Source: Mobula hypostoma
Lineage: Eukaryota
Length of the DNA stretch: 64,000 nt
Direction: 5' to 3'
NCBI RefSeq assembly: GCF_963921235.1
Contig: NC_086097.1
Span: forward strand, 54,438,001-54,502,000
Shown: one piece after another, positions 23,734-35,299 of the stretch
Numbering within the stretch: the stretch's first letter is position 1
Layout of the letters: each line of letters opens with the position of its first letter
Notes under the pieces: model-generated
The model's database searches: none
Told to the model about the DNA's origin: nothing
Seen by the model: only the letters and a program-made list of their open reading frames with translations
Made by a program: the position numbers and the translations under genes

Positions 23734-25400
23734 TATTATAGTTTGAAACTTCAAAATATTAAACTAATTCAAAGGAAGACGCAAGAGTCTGAAACTTGTG
23801 TCTAACTTTGTGTTTACATTGAGTGAGGTGTGCACATATCGTATGGTAGCCTCATAACGTATGCAATTCACTTATTTTTACATTTAGCTCGTAATTATTT
23901 AATCAAAGAATGCTTAATCAACAACATAGTTACAAGATTACTCAATATTACTGTAATGTTAAATGCACAACGCTCCTCCCTGCTTCACTATAGAGAATGC
24001 ATCTCAACTATATAGACAATATATTGTACAGTACAACTGCTATACAGACATAGTAAATTTGAGTTTGAAATTGTCCCATTCAGACTGAAAGATTTAATCA
24101 CTGTAGAGGCTTCTTTATTTTCCTGACAAGGGGAATCACTCTACAGGTGAGGCCTGTGGTTGTGAAAACCATCTCAGATCCTGGGGCCTTCTCTGTGGTA
24201 GTTCTAAGAGTTGATTCCTAGACTACAAGAAGAGCTTATGACACCTTTCTTCTCCTTCCTTTATCTTCTAGTTTGTGCATCTTGATTTTGGGTAGGTGCA
24301 TTTTGTTGACTGGAGTATTCCTTTATTCATCTTTGTATTGCTGCCTTTACAATCTGATCTCTCCTCTTTGTTTTTAGAGCCACAACATCATCTGATGAAT
24401 TCTCTTTTTTTTTGTATCTCAATTGACTTGTTTCTCTTAGGCCTTCCATTCATCCAGCTGGGCTTTGATCTCTGCATCTACTTTTACAAGCAACTTTTTA
24501 TCTCTGACTTGAGGTTCATGCAATAACCTCAATGCATGCAGAGTAGATTCTGGTTCTTTATACTTATAAAAGCCAAATGCTTGCAACTTTCCTGAAGCTC
24601 TTTGAACTCTCTTCTGGCTTAAAACCAAGTCACATTTTGCAAGTAACTCTGATTAACTTATCAGAAGCTGTCTCAGATATGTTGCCTACAAAAACTCTTG
24701 TAGTTGTACCGTTCCTTTTGTCACTTTCACAATTGCCCTGAGCAACATGGTCCTTCCTTCTCCAATATGCTTTTGAATCAAAGGCAAAGATTGGCACCAG
24801 CACCTGTTTGCCCTCTGGGCAATGGTTCATGGTGTACAGCATTGGGACAGTTGTGGCATCATTCAGTATCTATCTTGGTTTACTTTCAGTTGAAGAGGAT
24901 GTGGCATGCAAATAGTGGATTTGATCTGCAATCAAGTTGTAGTTGTCTCAGCCAATCACACCACCACAATGCTGGTTCTTGCTGTTTTTACCACCCACAG
25001 GCTCAAGGTGGCTTGTTGGATGTTTTATTTCACTGCCACAAATGTCATTCCCACAGGAGTTAACATTTTTCCAGTATAGGTTCTTAGTTGGATATCTGCA
25101 GGCTTCAGTTTAGGATCTTTGAAATGCCATTCAAATTAATTTTGATGAAATCAGCTAAACCAGTGTCCAATGCCATTTTAATTAATTTGTTGTTCACTTC
25201 TGGTGCAAGCCATGTTGTTGTCTAATGCAGACGTGCTGTTTTTGAAACAGCAACTTTATGACTTCATCTTTCCTGTGCAATCCATTTATTTTTGTCTGTT
25301 ATGTCCTACTTTATTGCATTTTCTACAAGATTCACCTTTAAATCTGCATTGGTCTGGTGTATGTGAGCCCCTATCAGATAGTAAGAATTTTTGCTGAATT
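23734..25400 (-). mobile_element. Decayed Ty3/Gypsy LTR retrotransposon (gag zinc knuckle, protease, start of RT, [RBM25 insert], end of pol, PPT, 3' LTR)
   Basis: On the minus strand: GSHTPDQCRFKGESCRKCNKVGH (CCHC knuckle, ~25300-25372); PEVNNKLIKMALDTG (aspartic protease, ~25160-25204); LKPADIQLRTYTG (~25070-25110); EPLPR (start of RT, ~24812-24830); KIKKPLQ*LNL (end of pol, ~24090-24122); purine tract AAGCAGGGAGGAG (23973-23985) followed by an AT-rich LTR-like segment ~23734-23972. Confidence 0.8.
24245..24803 (-). pseudogene. RBM25: Intronless RBM25 retro-fragment (RRM and flanks), frameshifted and containing stops
   Basis: Minus-strand frames give VLVP...RKDH...TTTRVFVGNISETASDKLIR / LVLSQKRVQRASGKLQAFGFYKYKEPESTLHALRLLHEPQVRDKKLLVKVDAEIKAQLDEWKA* / TKRRDQIVKAAI...KEYSSQQNAPTQ...RKEKK. 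This is colinear with vertebrate RBM25 (TTTVFVGNISEKASDMLIRQLLAKCGLVLSWKRVQGASGKLQAFGFCEYKEPESTLRALRLLHDLQIGEKKLLVKVDAKTKAQLDEWKA). No introns and no poly(A). Confidence 0.92.
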
Positions 25401-25404
25401 TCGA

Positions 25405-25910
25405 GCTCAAAGTTCAAAGAAAATTTATTGTCGAAGTATATCCATGTCATCATATACAGCCCTGAGATTCATTTTCTTGTTGGAATACTCAATAAATCTA
25501 TAGAATAATAACCATAACAGAAACAACAAAAGGTTGCACCAACTTGGGTGTTCAAACAGTGTGCAAAAGACAACAAACTGTGCAAATACAAAAATAAATA
25601 ATAATGAGTAAACAATAATTATCAATAATTATCAGGAACATGAGATGAAGACTCCTTGACCAATGAAATGAGTTCATTGGTTGTGGGAACGTTTCAATGA
25701 TGGGGCAAATGAAGTTGAGTGAAGTTATCCCCTTTGGTTCAAGAGGGTAGTAACTGTTCCTGAACCTGGTGGTGAGAGTCCTGAGGCTGCTGTACCTTCT
25801 TCCTGATGGCAGCAGCAAAAAGGGAGCATGTCCAGGGTGGTGGGGTTCCATAATGATGGATACTGCTTTCCTGTGACAGCATTTCATGTAGATGTTCAAG
25901 GATTTGAGCC
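25405..25910 (-). mobile_element. Rex-type LINE 3' end
   Basis: KAVSIIMEPHHPGHAPFLLLPSGRRYSSLRTLTTRFRNSYYP plus the standard tail. Confidence 0.85.
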
Positions 25911-25919
25911 ATTGATTAC

Positions 25920-26320
25920 ATTTCACACAAAATGCTGGAGGAACTCAGCAGGTCAGGCAATATCCATGGAAATGAACAAATAATCAGTATTGTGGACCAA
26001 GACCCCTCCTTTCTTCAGGACTAGGAAGTAAGTGGGAAAACGACAAAATAAAAAGGGGAAGGAGGATAGCTAGAAGGTGATGGGTGAAGCCAGTAGGATA
26101 GGAAAAGTAAAGGGCTAGAGAGGAAGGAATCTGATGGGAGAGGAGAATGGACCATAGGAGAAAGGAGAGGAGGAGACGACCCAGGGGAATGTGATAGGCG
26201 GATGAGAAGAGGTAGGATGCAAGACTGGGGGAAAGAAGAAGGGAGGGAAGAGGGAATTTTTTTTTGCCAAAAGAAATCTATGTTCATACCATCAGGTTGG
26301 CGGCTACCCAGACGGAGCAT
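25920..26320 (-). mobile_element. Penelope-like element 3' fragment
   Basis: LRLGSRQPDGMNIDF, a pyrimidine-rich UTR, and the pLTR motif cctgacctgctgagttcctccagcattttgtgtg on the minus strand. Confidence 0.8.
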
Positions 26321-27069
26321 TTATTATGTATTTTAGAGTTCACAAATAACATTGGACAAGCTTGCCATTAAGTATTGCAGCAGTGTTTATACAGGAAGTG
26401 GGATTTGTGCTTTATTTTGCAGGTTAATGCTTGATGACAGGTATCTAACTTTGAAGATGCATGTGGTGTATCTGTTCTGCTAATTTCTCATTTTTTCCAC
26501 AATAAAATTTCAGAGAAATTCTTAGTTTAGAAATGTTAGCTTTAGTTGTCAGTTGCTGTGAATTTTAATACGTTATTGTAACTGCCTTCAAATTATTTTT
26601 AGAATTAAATGTATTATTTTGTTCTGATAAAAGCTCAAGCTAGTGGCATGTTTTCACAAACAATATTGCATCATCATTTCAGGATGATCAACCAACCATG
26701 TATTGGAATAATTAAACCATGCAGTAAAAATGGGATGTAATAGTTTCAGCAATATGAATGGAGATGGGTGAGGTGTTCAGAATTAACCCAAGAGTAGACT
26801 TTAAGCTTTAGTGCAGCACCAGGTTATTTTATCAGTTTAACTTTGGATCCATTCTTTATTATTTAAGCACTGCCCCATCTGGATATCAGCAAATTAATTG
26901 CTAAATAATTAGATAAATACAGATGTAATAGTTTGAAAGTGAAATGAATGATTAGGTGTCATAGAGTAATTTTCCTGTAGCATGGAAGTAAGCCCTAAAG
27001 ATCATTGAATGCATGCCAACATAATGTACCCATTTACACTAATCCTGCACTAATCCGAGTCTTTCAACT

Positions 27070-27165
27070 AATTGGGGGTTTATATGGGAGGCACGGTTTG
27101 AGGGTTGGCACAACATTGTGGGCTGAAGGGGCTGTACTGTGCTGTACTATTTTATATGTTCTATG
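27070..27165 (+). mobile_element. CR1-type 3' tail
   Basis: ggcacaacattgtgggctgaaggggctgtactgtgctgtac...tatgttctatgtt. Confidence 0.65.
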
Positions 27166-27264
27166 TTTAATTCTTCTGACATTTCCATTTACTCACTTAA
27201 CTCCAAAGGTAAACTGCAGTCTACCTCACAAAGTTTATTATGTGTTTTGAAATCCACAAGTAAT

Positions 27265-27925
27265 AGATTAGATTAGATTATGAGGACACAGTCGTCTTTT
27301 ATTGTCATTAGTAATGCATGCATTAAGAAATGATACAATGTTCCTCCAGTGTGATACCACAGAAACACAAGACAGACCAAGACTGAAAAACTGACAAAAA
27401 CCACATAATTATAACATATAGTTACAACAGTGCAAGCAATACCGTAATTTGACAGAAGAATAGACCATGGGCGCAGTAAGAAAAAAGATTCAAAGTCTCT
27501 CGAAAGTCCCAACATCTCACGCAGACGGTAGAAGGAAGAAAACTCTCCCTGCCGTGAGCTTCCAGCGCTGCAAACTTGCCGATGCAGCATCCTGGAAGCA
27601 CCCGACCACAGTCCGACTCTCAGTCCGTCCGAAAACTTCGAGCCTCCAACCAGCCTTCCGACACCAAGCACCATCTCTGCCGAGCACCCAGCCCCAGCTG
27701 CCAGCAACAGGCAAAGCCGAGGATTTGGGGCCTTCCCCTCTGGAGATTCTCGATCGCACAGTAGCAGCGGCAGTGAACTGGGCATTTCAGAAATTTCTTC
27801 GGATGTTCCTCTGTGCTTCTCACGTCCATCTCCATCAAATCAGGATTGTGCACGGCCCCTATTTAACTAAATCATTTTACAGGAGAAGCCGCGTGCTGCG
27901 TTGCGCCACCATCTTCTCCTCCCAC
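27265..27925 (-). mobile_element. Young non-coding retroelement (~660 bp) with AAGATGGTGGCG head and (TCTAA)n tail
   Basis: CpG-rich; on the minus strand it starts gtgggaggagaagatggtggcg and ends aataaaagacgactgtgtcctcataatctaatctaatcta; no RT motifs. Confidence 0.65.
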
Positions 27926-28319
27926 TTTATTCAAGGTATATTTTCTTCCTTTTAAATTATCAAACCATTATCTTTGGTTCCTACAACAAACTATTCCCCA
28001 TCACTGATTCCTTCCCAACTCTGGCTGCTGTCTCAGGCTAAACAATTTCAGAATTGGAATCAGGTTTATTATTACTGATCTATATCATGAAATTTGTTTT
28101 GAGGCAACAATACAGTGCAATACATAGAAATACCACAAGTTATAATAAGAAATATTTAAAGAAGTAGAAGAAGAGAAAATTTGAATCTCTTGGAAGCAGG
28201 GACAATATACTTTTCTGTCTTTGCCACAGTTTTGGTCTGTCTGCTACTACCACCCTCATCTGCATTTGCATTGTTCCCTTGGTCTTCGATCTTCCCTAAA
28301 CGAGATCTCGCATTTTTTT

Positions 28320-28540
28320 GTTTAATTAGAGATACAGCATGCTAAACAGGCTGCTCAATAACACCCATGTAACCAATTAATCTATTTAGTGGGATGTAGG
28401 AGGAAATTGGAGCATCCGAAGGAAATCCGTGAGGTCACGGAAAGAACATACAAACTCCTGACAGACGACAATGGGGAATAAACCTGGGTCTCTGGTGCTG
28501 TGACAGTATTACGCTAACTGCTACACTACTGTGCTGTCTC
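28320..28540 (-). mobile_element. V-SINE (HE1-like) copy including the tRNA-like head
   Basis: gaggaaattggagcatccgaaggaaatcc...acaaactcctgacagac...tacgctaactgctacact. Confidence 0.7.
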
Positions 28541-28559
28541 TGCTTGTCTGTGCACTCAC

Positions 28560-28960
28560 CAGCTACTGTCCATCCATTGTGTTTATATTCACAGATTTAC
28601 ATTTCCTCATTTCAGTTTTAAGTTTTTTAATGCCTGTCTCTCCCTATCACTGACCAGCTTGAAACTTCCAAAAAGAATACATCCTCCGGCACTTAAATGT
28701 AATTCTTTCCCCTTTTCCTTTAACCCATTCATCCGATCGTTGCTAAAATATCTTAGGATTTCTCTGCCCAAGGTCTGGAATTCCATCTCAGTACAATTTT
28801 GTTTCACTATCTCTTGATCACCAGGTTAAGGTTAAGACTTGCCTCTTTGACAAAGCTTTCAGTATCTAGTATTTTGGTGTAGATTTTATTTTTATGTTAT
28901 TACACCTGTATAAGCAACCTTGATATTTTCCTGCATTAAACGCTATAAAACAATGTAATT
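28560..28960 (+). mobile_element. Old L2-like LINE 3' fragment
   Basis: PKVWNS-like coding remnant, ttaagacttgcctctttgacaaagcttt, and an attaaacgctataaaa tail. Confidence 0.5.
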
Positions 28961-29859
28961 ACTACAGATAAATTTGAAGTTGCCTATAATGGATTGAAAC
29001 CCCTTAGCTTTTGATTTTCAGCAGTGATATTTTGCTTTTAATATTAACAATAGGCTAATAAAGAATTAACTTGGCATTGTATGACTAATAACTACAGATG
29101 TGCCAGATGCTTTCTTGGACGATCATGCAGATCATGGCCTTTTAAGAAAAAAAGCTGGATGTCTGTCTTGGAAATGTACATGTTTTACCTTTTCTCTTGC
29201 TGAAATAGAATGGATAGAGATTGCCTTAGTCTTTTAGTGATAGAACTGGAATGGCCACATGGGGGTGGTCTTTTGCTTTGTTTAGCATTACACATTACGA
29301 TAGTTTTTCAAGATTTTGCTGTCAAATTTGGTAGTCTTATAAACTAATCATATTACATAATGTTGCGGTTGGACCCATTATTGGCTGATACCATGTCAAA
29401 TTGGCCACATTCTGGAGGAGGTGCCTGTATTGGGTGAAGGTTCAGTGAAAGGCAATTCAAAATAACATATTTAAAAGTAAATATAATGATATGAAGCTAT
29501 TAACAGAGTGAAGTACTAAATAAGCAGAATTTCAGTGTTGATTTTTCTTGTAATCTGTGCCTCCCTCTCCATGATCCTAAAGACATATTTTAGCTATACA
29601 TATTTAATCCTTCCAAGTTAAATTCTGGATATACAGAATTTTGCTTTTGCATGCAAAATTTAATTTTACTTTGAATTTGTTATGACTCAGCTTTCAGTTT
29701 TTTTTTGAACGACTGACTTCAAACATAAGCATAGCAATTTTACCAAGAAACAATTGAAAAATACCCAAGATTTTTTACTGATCTAGGCACCTTTGATTCT
29801 TGTAAGAACATGAAGAGCAGGTTACGCCATACCCATACGATTCCTTGACATTTCTTTTA

Positions 29860-31195
29860 TTTATTAATTTACTGGTTGTGGTTGTTGCCAGCTAAGCCAG
29901 CATTTATTGCCCATCCCTAGTTGCCCTTGAGAAGGTGGTGATGAGGTACCTTCTTGAACCATTGCAGTCCCTGAGGTGTAGGTACACCCACAATGCTGTT
30001 AGGAAGGGAATTCCATGATTTTTGACCCAGTGACAATGATGGAACGGTATTACGTTTCCAAGTCAGGATGGTGAGCAACTTGGAGGGGGATTTCCAAGTG
30101 ATGGTGTTCCCAGGTACCTGCTGTTCTCGTCCTTCTAGATGGTAGTGGTCGTAGGTCTGGAAGGTGCTGTCTTAGGAACTTTGTGTTATTGCAGTGCAAC
30201 TTGTAGATAGTACACACTGCTGCAACTGTTCGTCGATGGTGAAGGGATTGGATGTTTGTGGAAGGGGTACCAGTCAAGTGGGCTGCCTTGTACTAGATGG
30301 TGTCAAGCTTCTTGAGTGTTGATGGAGCTGCACTAATCCAGGCGAGTGGCAAGTAATCTATCACACTCCTGACCTGAGCCTTGTAGATGTTGGACAGGCT
30401 TTGGAGAGTGAGAAGGTGAGTTACACGCTGCAGGATACCTAGCCTTTGATCTGCTCTGGTAGCTACAGTGTTTATATGGCTAGTCCAGTTCAGTTTCCTG
30501 TCAATAGTAACCTCCAAGATGTTGATAGTAGGGGATTCAATAGTGGTGATGCCATTGAATCTTAAGGGACAATGGTTAGAGCCTCTCTTGTTGGAGATGG
30601 TCATTGCCTGGCATTTGCGTGGCTTGAATGTTACTTGTCAGCCGAAGCCTGGATATTGTCCAGGTCCTACTGCATTTGGGTATTTACTGCTTCACTATCT
30701 GAGGAGTCACGAATGATGTAGAACATTGTGCAGTCATTTGTGAATATCCCCAGTTCTGACCTTATGACAGAAGGAAGGTAATTTTTGAAGCAGCTGAAGG
30801 TGGTTGGTCCAAGGACACTTCCCTGAGGAACTCCAGTGATTCACTGAGGATGAGATAATTGACCCTCAACCACCACAACCAACTTCCTTTGTGTTAGGTA
30901 TGATTCCAACCAGAGGAGGATTTTTCCCTAATTCCTATTGACTCCATTTTACCTATAGCACCTTAATGCTGGGTTGATGCCAAGGGCTATCACTCTCACT
31001 TCACCTCTGGTATTTAGCTGCTTGGTCCATGTTTGGATGAAGGAGGAGATGAGGTCAGGAGCTGAGTGTCCTTGACAGAACCCAAACTAGGAACCCATAA
31101 GCAAGTTATTGCAGAGTAGGTGCTGCACAATAGCACTGTTGATGACCCCTTCCATTACTTTGATTGAGAGTAGGCTGAGGGGGTGGTAGTTGTTC
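29860..31195 (-). mobile_element. CR1/L2-group LINE, 3' RT region and tail
   Basis: INILEVTIDRKLNWTSHINTVATRADQRLGILQRV...IYKAQVRSVIDY; NIQSLHHRRTVAAVCTIYKLH; tail gggatgggcaataaatgctgg. Confidence 0.85.
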
Positions 31196-32836
31196 TGCCA
31201 TTCAAAGGGATTATGATTTTGTTGCCCAAATGTCACCTTCTCAGATCTCCTTTAGACCTGTAAGATGGTGCCAGTGTGCCATGGTGACGTTCTGCGGGCT
31301 GCATACAATACCTCTCAATACACCTCTTTTGACTTAATCTCAATGCAATCTGCAACATGTAACTCCCCTTTAAGCAATGTACTTTTAAATCAACTTAATG
31401 ATCTACAGATTTCATTATCTTCTGAAGGACTCAGCTGTACAGCACCTTTAAGTGGGAAAAGGTCCTTTGGTATGACTGGAAGCAAAGTAGTGAGGCAGGG
31501 GGAAGAACGCCAAGCCAGGCTGAAATGCAGAAGGATAAGGCCCCCTCTATCCAGCATCTTTTTAGCAAATGTGGAGTTGCTGGAGAACAAAATAGAGAAC
31601 CTGAGGGCAAGATTGCAGTGTTTTGTTGACAAATGAGAGAGATGACTTTCTCCCGGCATACCATATACAGTGAGCAGACCAGAAGGCTTCTCGATTTACA
31701 GAATGGACTGAACTGCTAGTTTGGAAAAGGCAAAAGGTGGAGGTGTGTGCTTCGTAAACTCTTGGTGGGTATCCGATATGGCAGTTTTGTTGAGCTCATG
31801 TTCCCCCAGTCTTGAACACCTAATGCTATCTGTTCCATTTACCTAGAGAATTCTCCTCCATAATTCTGACTGCAGTTTAAATACCGCCGACTATAATCAA
31901 GTGCTTGTGATATTGCATGATGCCATCTACGAACAAGAAACAGTCCATCCTGATGCGTTTCAAATCAATTGAAGAAAACCTTGCCCAATTACCATCAGCA
32001 TATAATCTGTGGTACCAGAGGTCATAACACACTAGACTACTGTTACACTAAGGTGAGGAATGCCTAACTTTCCATGCCCAGACAATTTTTGGTAAATTAG
32101 ATCACCTGCATACAGGCAGAGCCTAAAGACCAAAGCTCCGGGGAGCAGGACAACCATGAGGGTGGTCATCAAGGAGGTAGAGGACCAGCTACAGAATTGC
32201 TTCAAGTTGGTGGACTGGGCCGCATTCAAGGACTTACCTGTGGATCTGAATAAATACACCATGGTTGTCAAGGACTTTATAAAAACAGTTGTAGATGAGT
32301 GCGTCCCCACAAAATCATTCACTCCTCCCCAACCAGAAGCCCTGGATGAACCATGAGATCCACAATTTGCTGAGGGCCAGATCAGAGGCATTCAAGTCTT
32401 GTGAGCAAGAAAATTGGGAGACGTCCTGGTATGATCTCTGGAAAGCTATCTCTTGGACAAGGTGGCATTTCCAGATGAAACTTGAATCAACGAAGGATGC
32501 CCGACAGTTATAGCAAGGCTTGAATACTATTACCTCTTAGAAAGTTAAATCAAGTGGCATAGGCGATAACAGGGATTTGCTTTCAGATGAGCTCAATCCC
32601 TTCTATGCTCGCTTTCACTCTCAAAACATAGGGGAACCATCATAAACACCCACAGCCCCTGATGATCCTGTGATTTCGGTCTCTCAAGCCAATGTGTCAG
32701 CGGCCTTCAGGAGGGTGAACCCACAAAAAGCATCTAGCCCAGAAACGGGTACCTGGCTCAGTACCTGTGCTGAACAACTGGCTGGAGTGTTCACTGAGAT
32801 CTTTAACCTCTTGCTTTGGCAGTCTGAGGTACCCAC

Positions 32837-32977
32837 AAACGCAAAAAAATCTGCAGATACTAGAAATCCAAAGTAACACACACAAAAGGCTGGAGGAACT
32901 CAGCAGGCTAGGCAGCATCTGTAGAAAGGAGTAAACAGTCAACATTTTGGACCGAGACCCTTCATCAGGACTGAAGA
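32837..32977 (-). mobile_element. 141-bp Penelope pLTR fragment (hammerhead relic plus tail) with a 16-bp TSD
   Basis: TSD AGTCTGAGGTAC(C/T)CAC at 32821-32836 and 32978-32993; the minus strand reads cagtcCTGATGAagggtctcggtccAAAAtgttgactg. Confidence 0.85.
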
Positions 32978-33368
32978 AGTCTGAGGTACTCACCTGCTTC
33001 AACCAGGCTTCAATTATACCGATACATAAGAAGAACATGGTAACCTGTCTCCAGTAGCATTTCCATCCACAGTGATGTGTTTTGAGAGGTTGGTGATGAA
33101 ACATCAACTCCTGCCTGAGAAGCGATTATGGATCTGTTCCAGTTTGCCTACCTGAACAATAGGTCCATAGCAGATGCCATCTCATTGGCTTTTCACTCAA
33201 TCCTGGAACATCTGGACAGCAAAGGTGCATACATCATGATGCCCTTTATCGACTACAGCTCTGCATTAAATACCATCATCCCCTCAAAACTAACCAATGA
33301 GCTTCAAGACCTTACCTCCTTGTGCAATTACATCTTCTATTTCTTCACTTGAAGACCCCAGACATTCT

Positions 33369-34162
33369 TTTTTTTTTATTTCAAAATATACTTTATTCAA
33401 AAATAAATATATACAATAAACCATTCAATAACTTTTCATCCTTTACATACGTTTGCATTATATACAGTACATATCCGCATTTATACCACATCATTTCATT
33501 GTTGAGGGGTATACTCCCCGCCCTCCGACCCCTCCCACTCCCACGGGTGGAGAAACCTATACTGTGGTCCTTCCCCACCGGGCCCTTGCGGTGGCTGCAC
33601 CAAGTTCCAGTGCGTCCCTCAGCACGTACTCCTGCAGTCGAGAATGTGCCAGTCGGCAGCATTCTCCCACGGACATCTCCATGTGCTGGTAGATCATCAA
33701 GTTACGGGCCGACCAAATAGCATCTTTCACCGAGTTGATGATCTGCCAGCAGCACCGGACGTTGGTCTCCGTGTGTGTCCCCGGGAACAGCCCGTAGATC
33801 AGAGAGTCCTCTGTTACGCAGCTGCTGGGGATAAACCGTGACACTAGCCCATCCATCCTCCTCCACACCCTCTTTGCGAACTGGCAGTGTGCAAAGAGGT
33901 GGGTCACAGACTCCTCCTCACTGCAGTCCTCCCGTGGGCAGTGGGGTGCGGAGACGACGTTCCGGGCGTACAGGAGGGCTCTGACTGGGAGGGCCCCTCT
34001 CACCGCCAGCCAGGCGAGGTCTTGGTGCCTGTTGGTTAGATCTGGCGATGAGGCATTTTGCCAGATGAACTGGACAGTCTGCTCCGGGAACCACCCCACT
34101 GTGTCCATCACGTCCTTCTCCTGCAGTGCCTGCAGGACACTACGTGCCGACCACTGCCTGAT
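33369..34162 (-). mobile_element. Young 5'-truncated Tx1/L1-clade LINE (C-terminal zf-RVT region of ORF2)
   Basis: Open frame ...LAWLAVRGALPVR...CPREDCSEEESVTHLFAHC...; poly(A) seen as a T run at the left end; perfect 15-bp TSD GACCCCAGACATTCT at 33354-33368 and 34163-34177; CpG-rich. Confidence 0.92.
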
Positions 34163-35299
34163 GACCCCAGACATTCTGATTGGCAACAGCATCTCCTCAC
34201 AATCTTCATCAGCACAGGTGCACCACAAAGCTATGTGCTTAGTCCCCTGTTCTACTCACTTTACACTTGTGAGTATGTAGTTAAGCATAACACCAATGCT
34301 GTATTCAAATTTGCATGTAACACCACTGTCATAGGCCAAATCAAAGTTAGCGATGGATCAGCATGTAGGAGGAAGATTGAAAATCTGCTAAGTGGTGTCA
34401 TGACAACAACCTCTTAATGTCTGCAGGACCAAGAAATTAATTATTAACTTTGGAAGAAAGAAACTGGAGGTCCTTGTGCCAGTCCTCATCAGAAGATCAA
34501 AGGTGGAGAGGGTCAGTAATTTTAAATTCCTTGGTGTTGTTATTTCGGAGGACATGTCCTGTGCCCAGCACTTAAGTGTAATTACAAAGAAAGCACGGCA
34601 GCGTTTCTACTTTCTTCAGAGTTGGTGAAGGTTCAACCAGACATCACAGGTAAAGCCCTTCCCACCATTTTGAACATCTATACTAAACATTGTCACAGGA
34701 AAGCAGCATCCATCATCAGGAACCCCACCATCCAGGACATGCTCTCTTCTTGCTACAAACATCAGGTAGAAGGTACAGGAGCCTCAGGACCCACTCTGCC
34801 ACGTTCAGGAACAGTTATTACCTCTCAACTATCAGGCTCTTGAATCAAAGGGGATACCTTCACTCAACTTCGCTTGCCCATCATTGAAAAGTTCCCACAA
34901 CCAATAGACTCACTTTCAAGGGCTCTTCATCTGATGTTCTCGATATTTATTGCCTATTTATTTATTATGGTTACTTTCTTTTTGTATTTGCACAATTTGT
35001 TGACTTTTGGACACTGGTTGAAGGTCCAAGTTGGTGTAGCCTTTCATTGATTCTATTATGGACTTATTGGGTATGCCCACAATAAAATGAATCTCAGGGT
35101 TGTATATGATGACATGTATGTACTTCGATAATAAGGTAATAATTGAGGATTTGCTTGCGAACAGAAAACAGTTGTGTCATATATGGATTGTGTCAAAATA
35201 AATGTGTCATGTACGGATTGGGAGGCATTGATTCATGGGATGCCATGCGTTGGTGCTGGAGCCCGAGGTATCTATATCCAGTATCAGTGATTTAGACCA

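Larger units (their letters stand above)
31262..35135 (+). mobile_element. Near full-length degenerate Rex1/Babar LINE hosting two nested insertions
   Basis: PPLSSIFLANVELLENKI (start of APE), PNQKPWMN, QFAYLNNRSIADAISLAFH..FIDYSSALNTIIP, HHPGHALFLLQTSGRRYRSLR, and the standard tail. Confidence 0.9.

Noticed and set aside
24245..24803. Functional RBM25 gene or nested exon
   Set aside because: Frameshift near 24640-24650, in-frame stop at 24437-24439, further lesions, and it is embedded in Gypsy sequence.
27273..27955. Overlapping 160-170 aa ORFs on both strands
   Set aside because: No recognisable motifs; expected in a GC-rich young repeat.
33557..34228. 223-aa ORF as a novel chimeric protein
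   Set aside because: The first ~20 codons are antisense Rex sequence outside the TSD, fortuitously in frame with a truncated Tx1 ORF2; no promoter or splice evidence.
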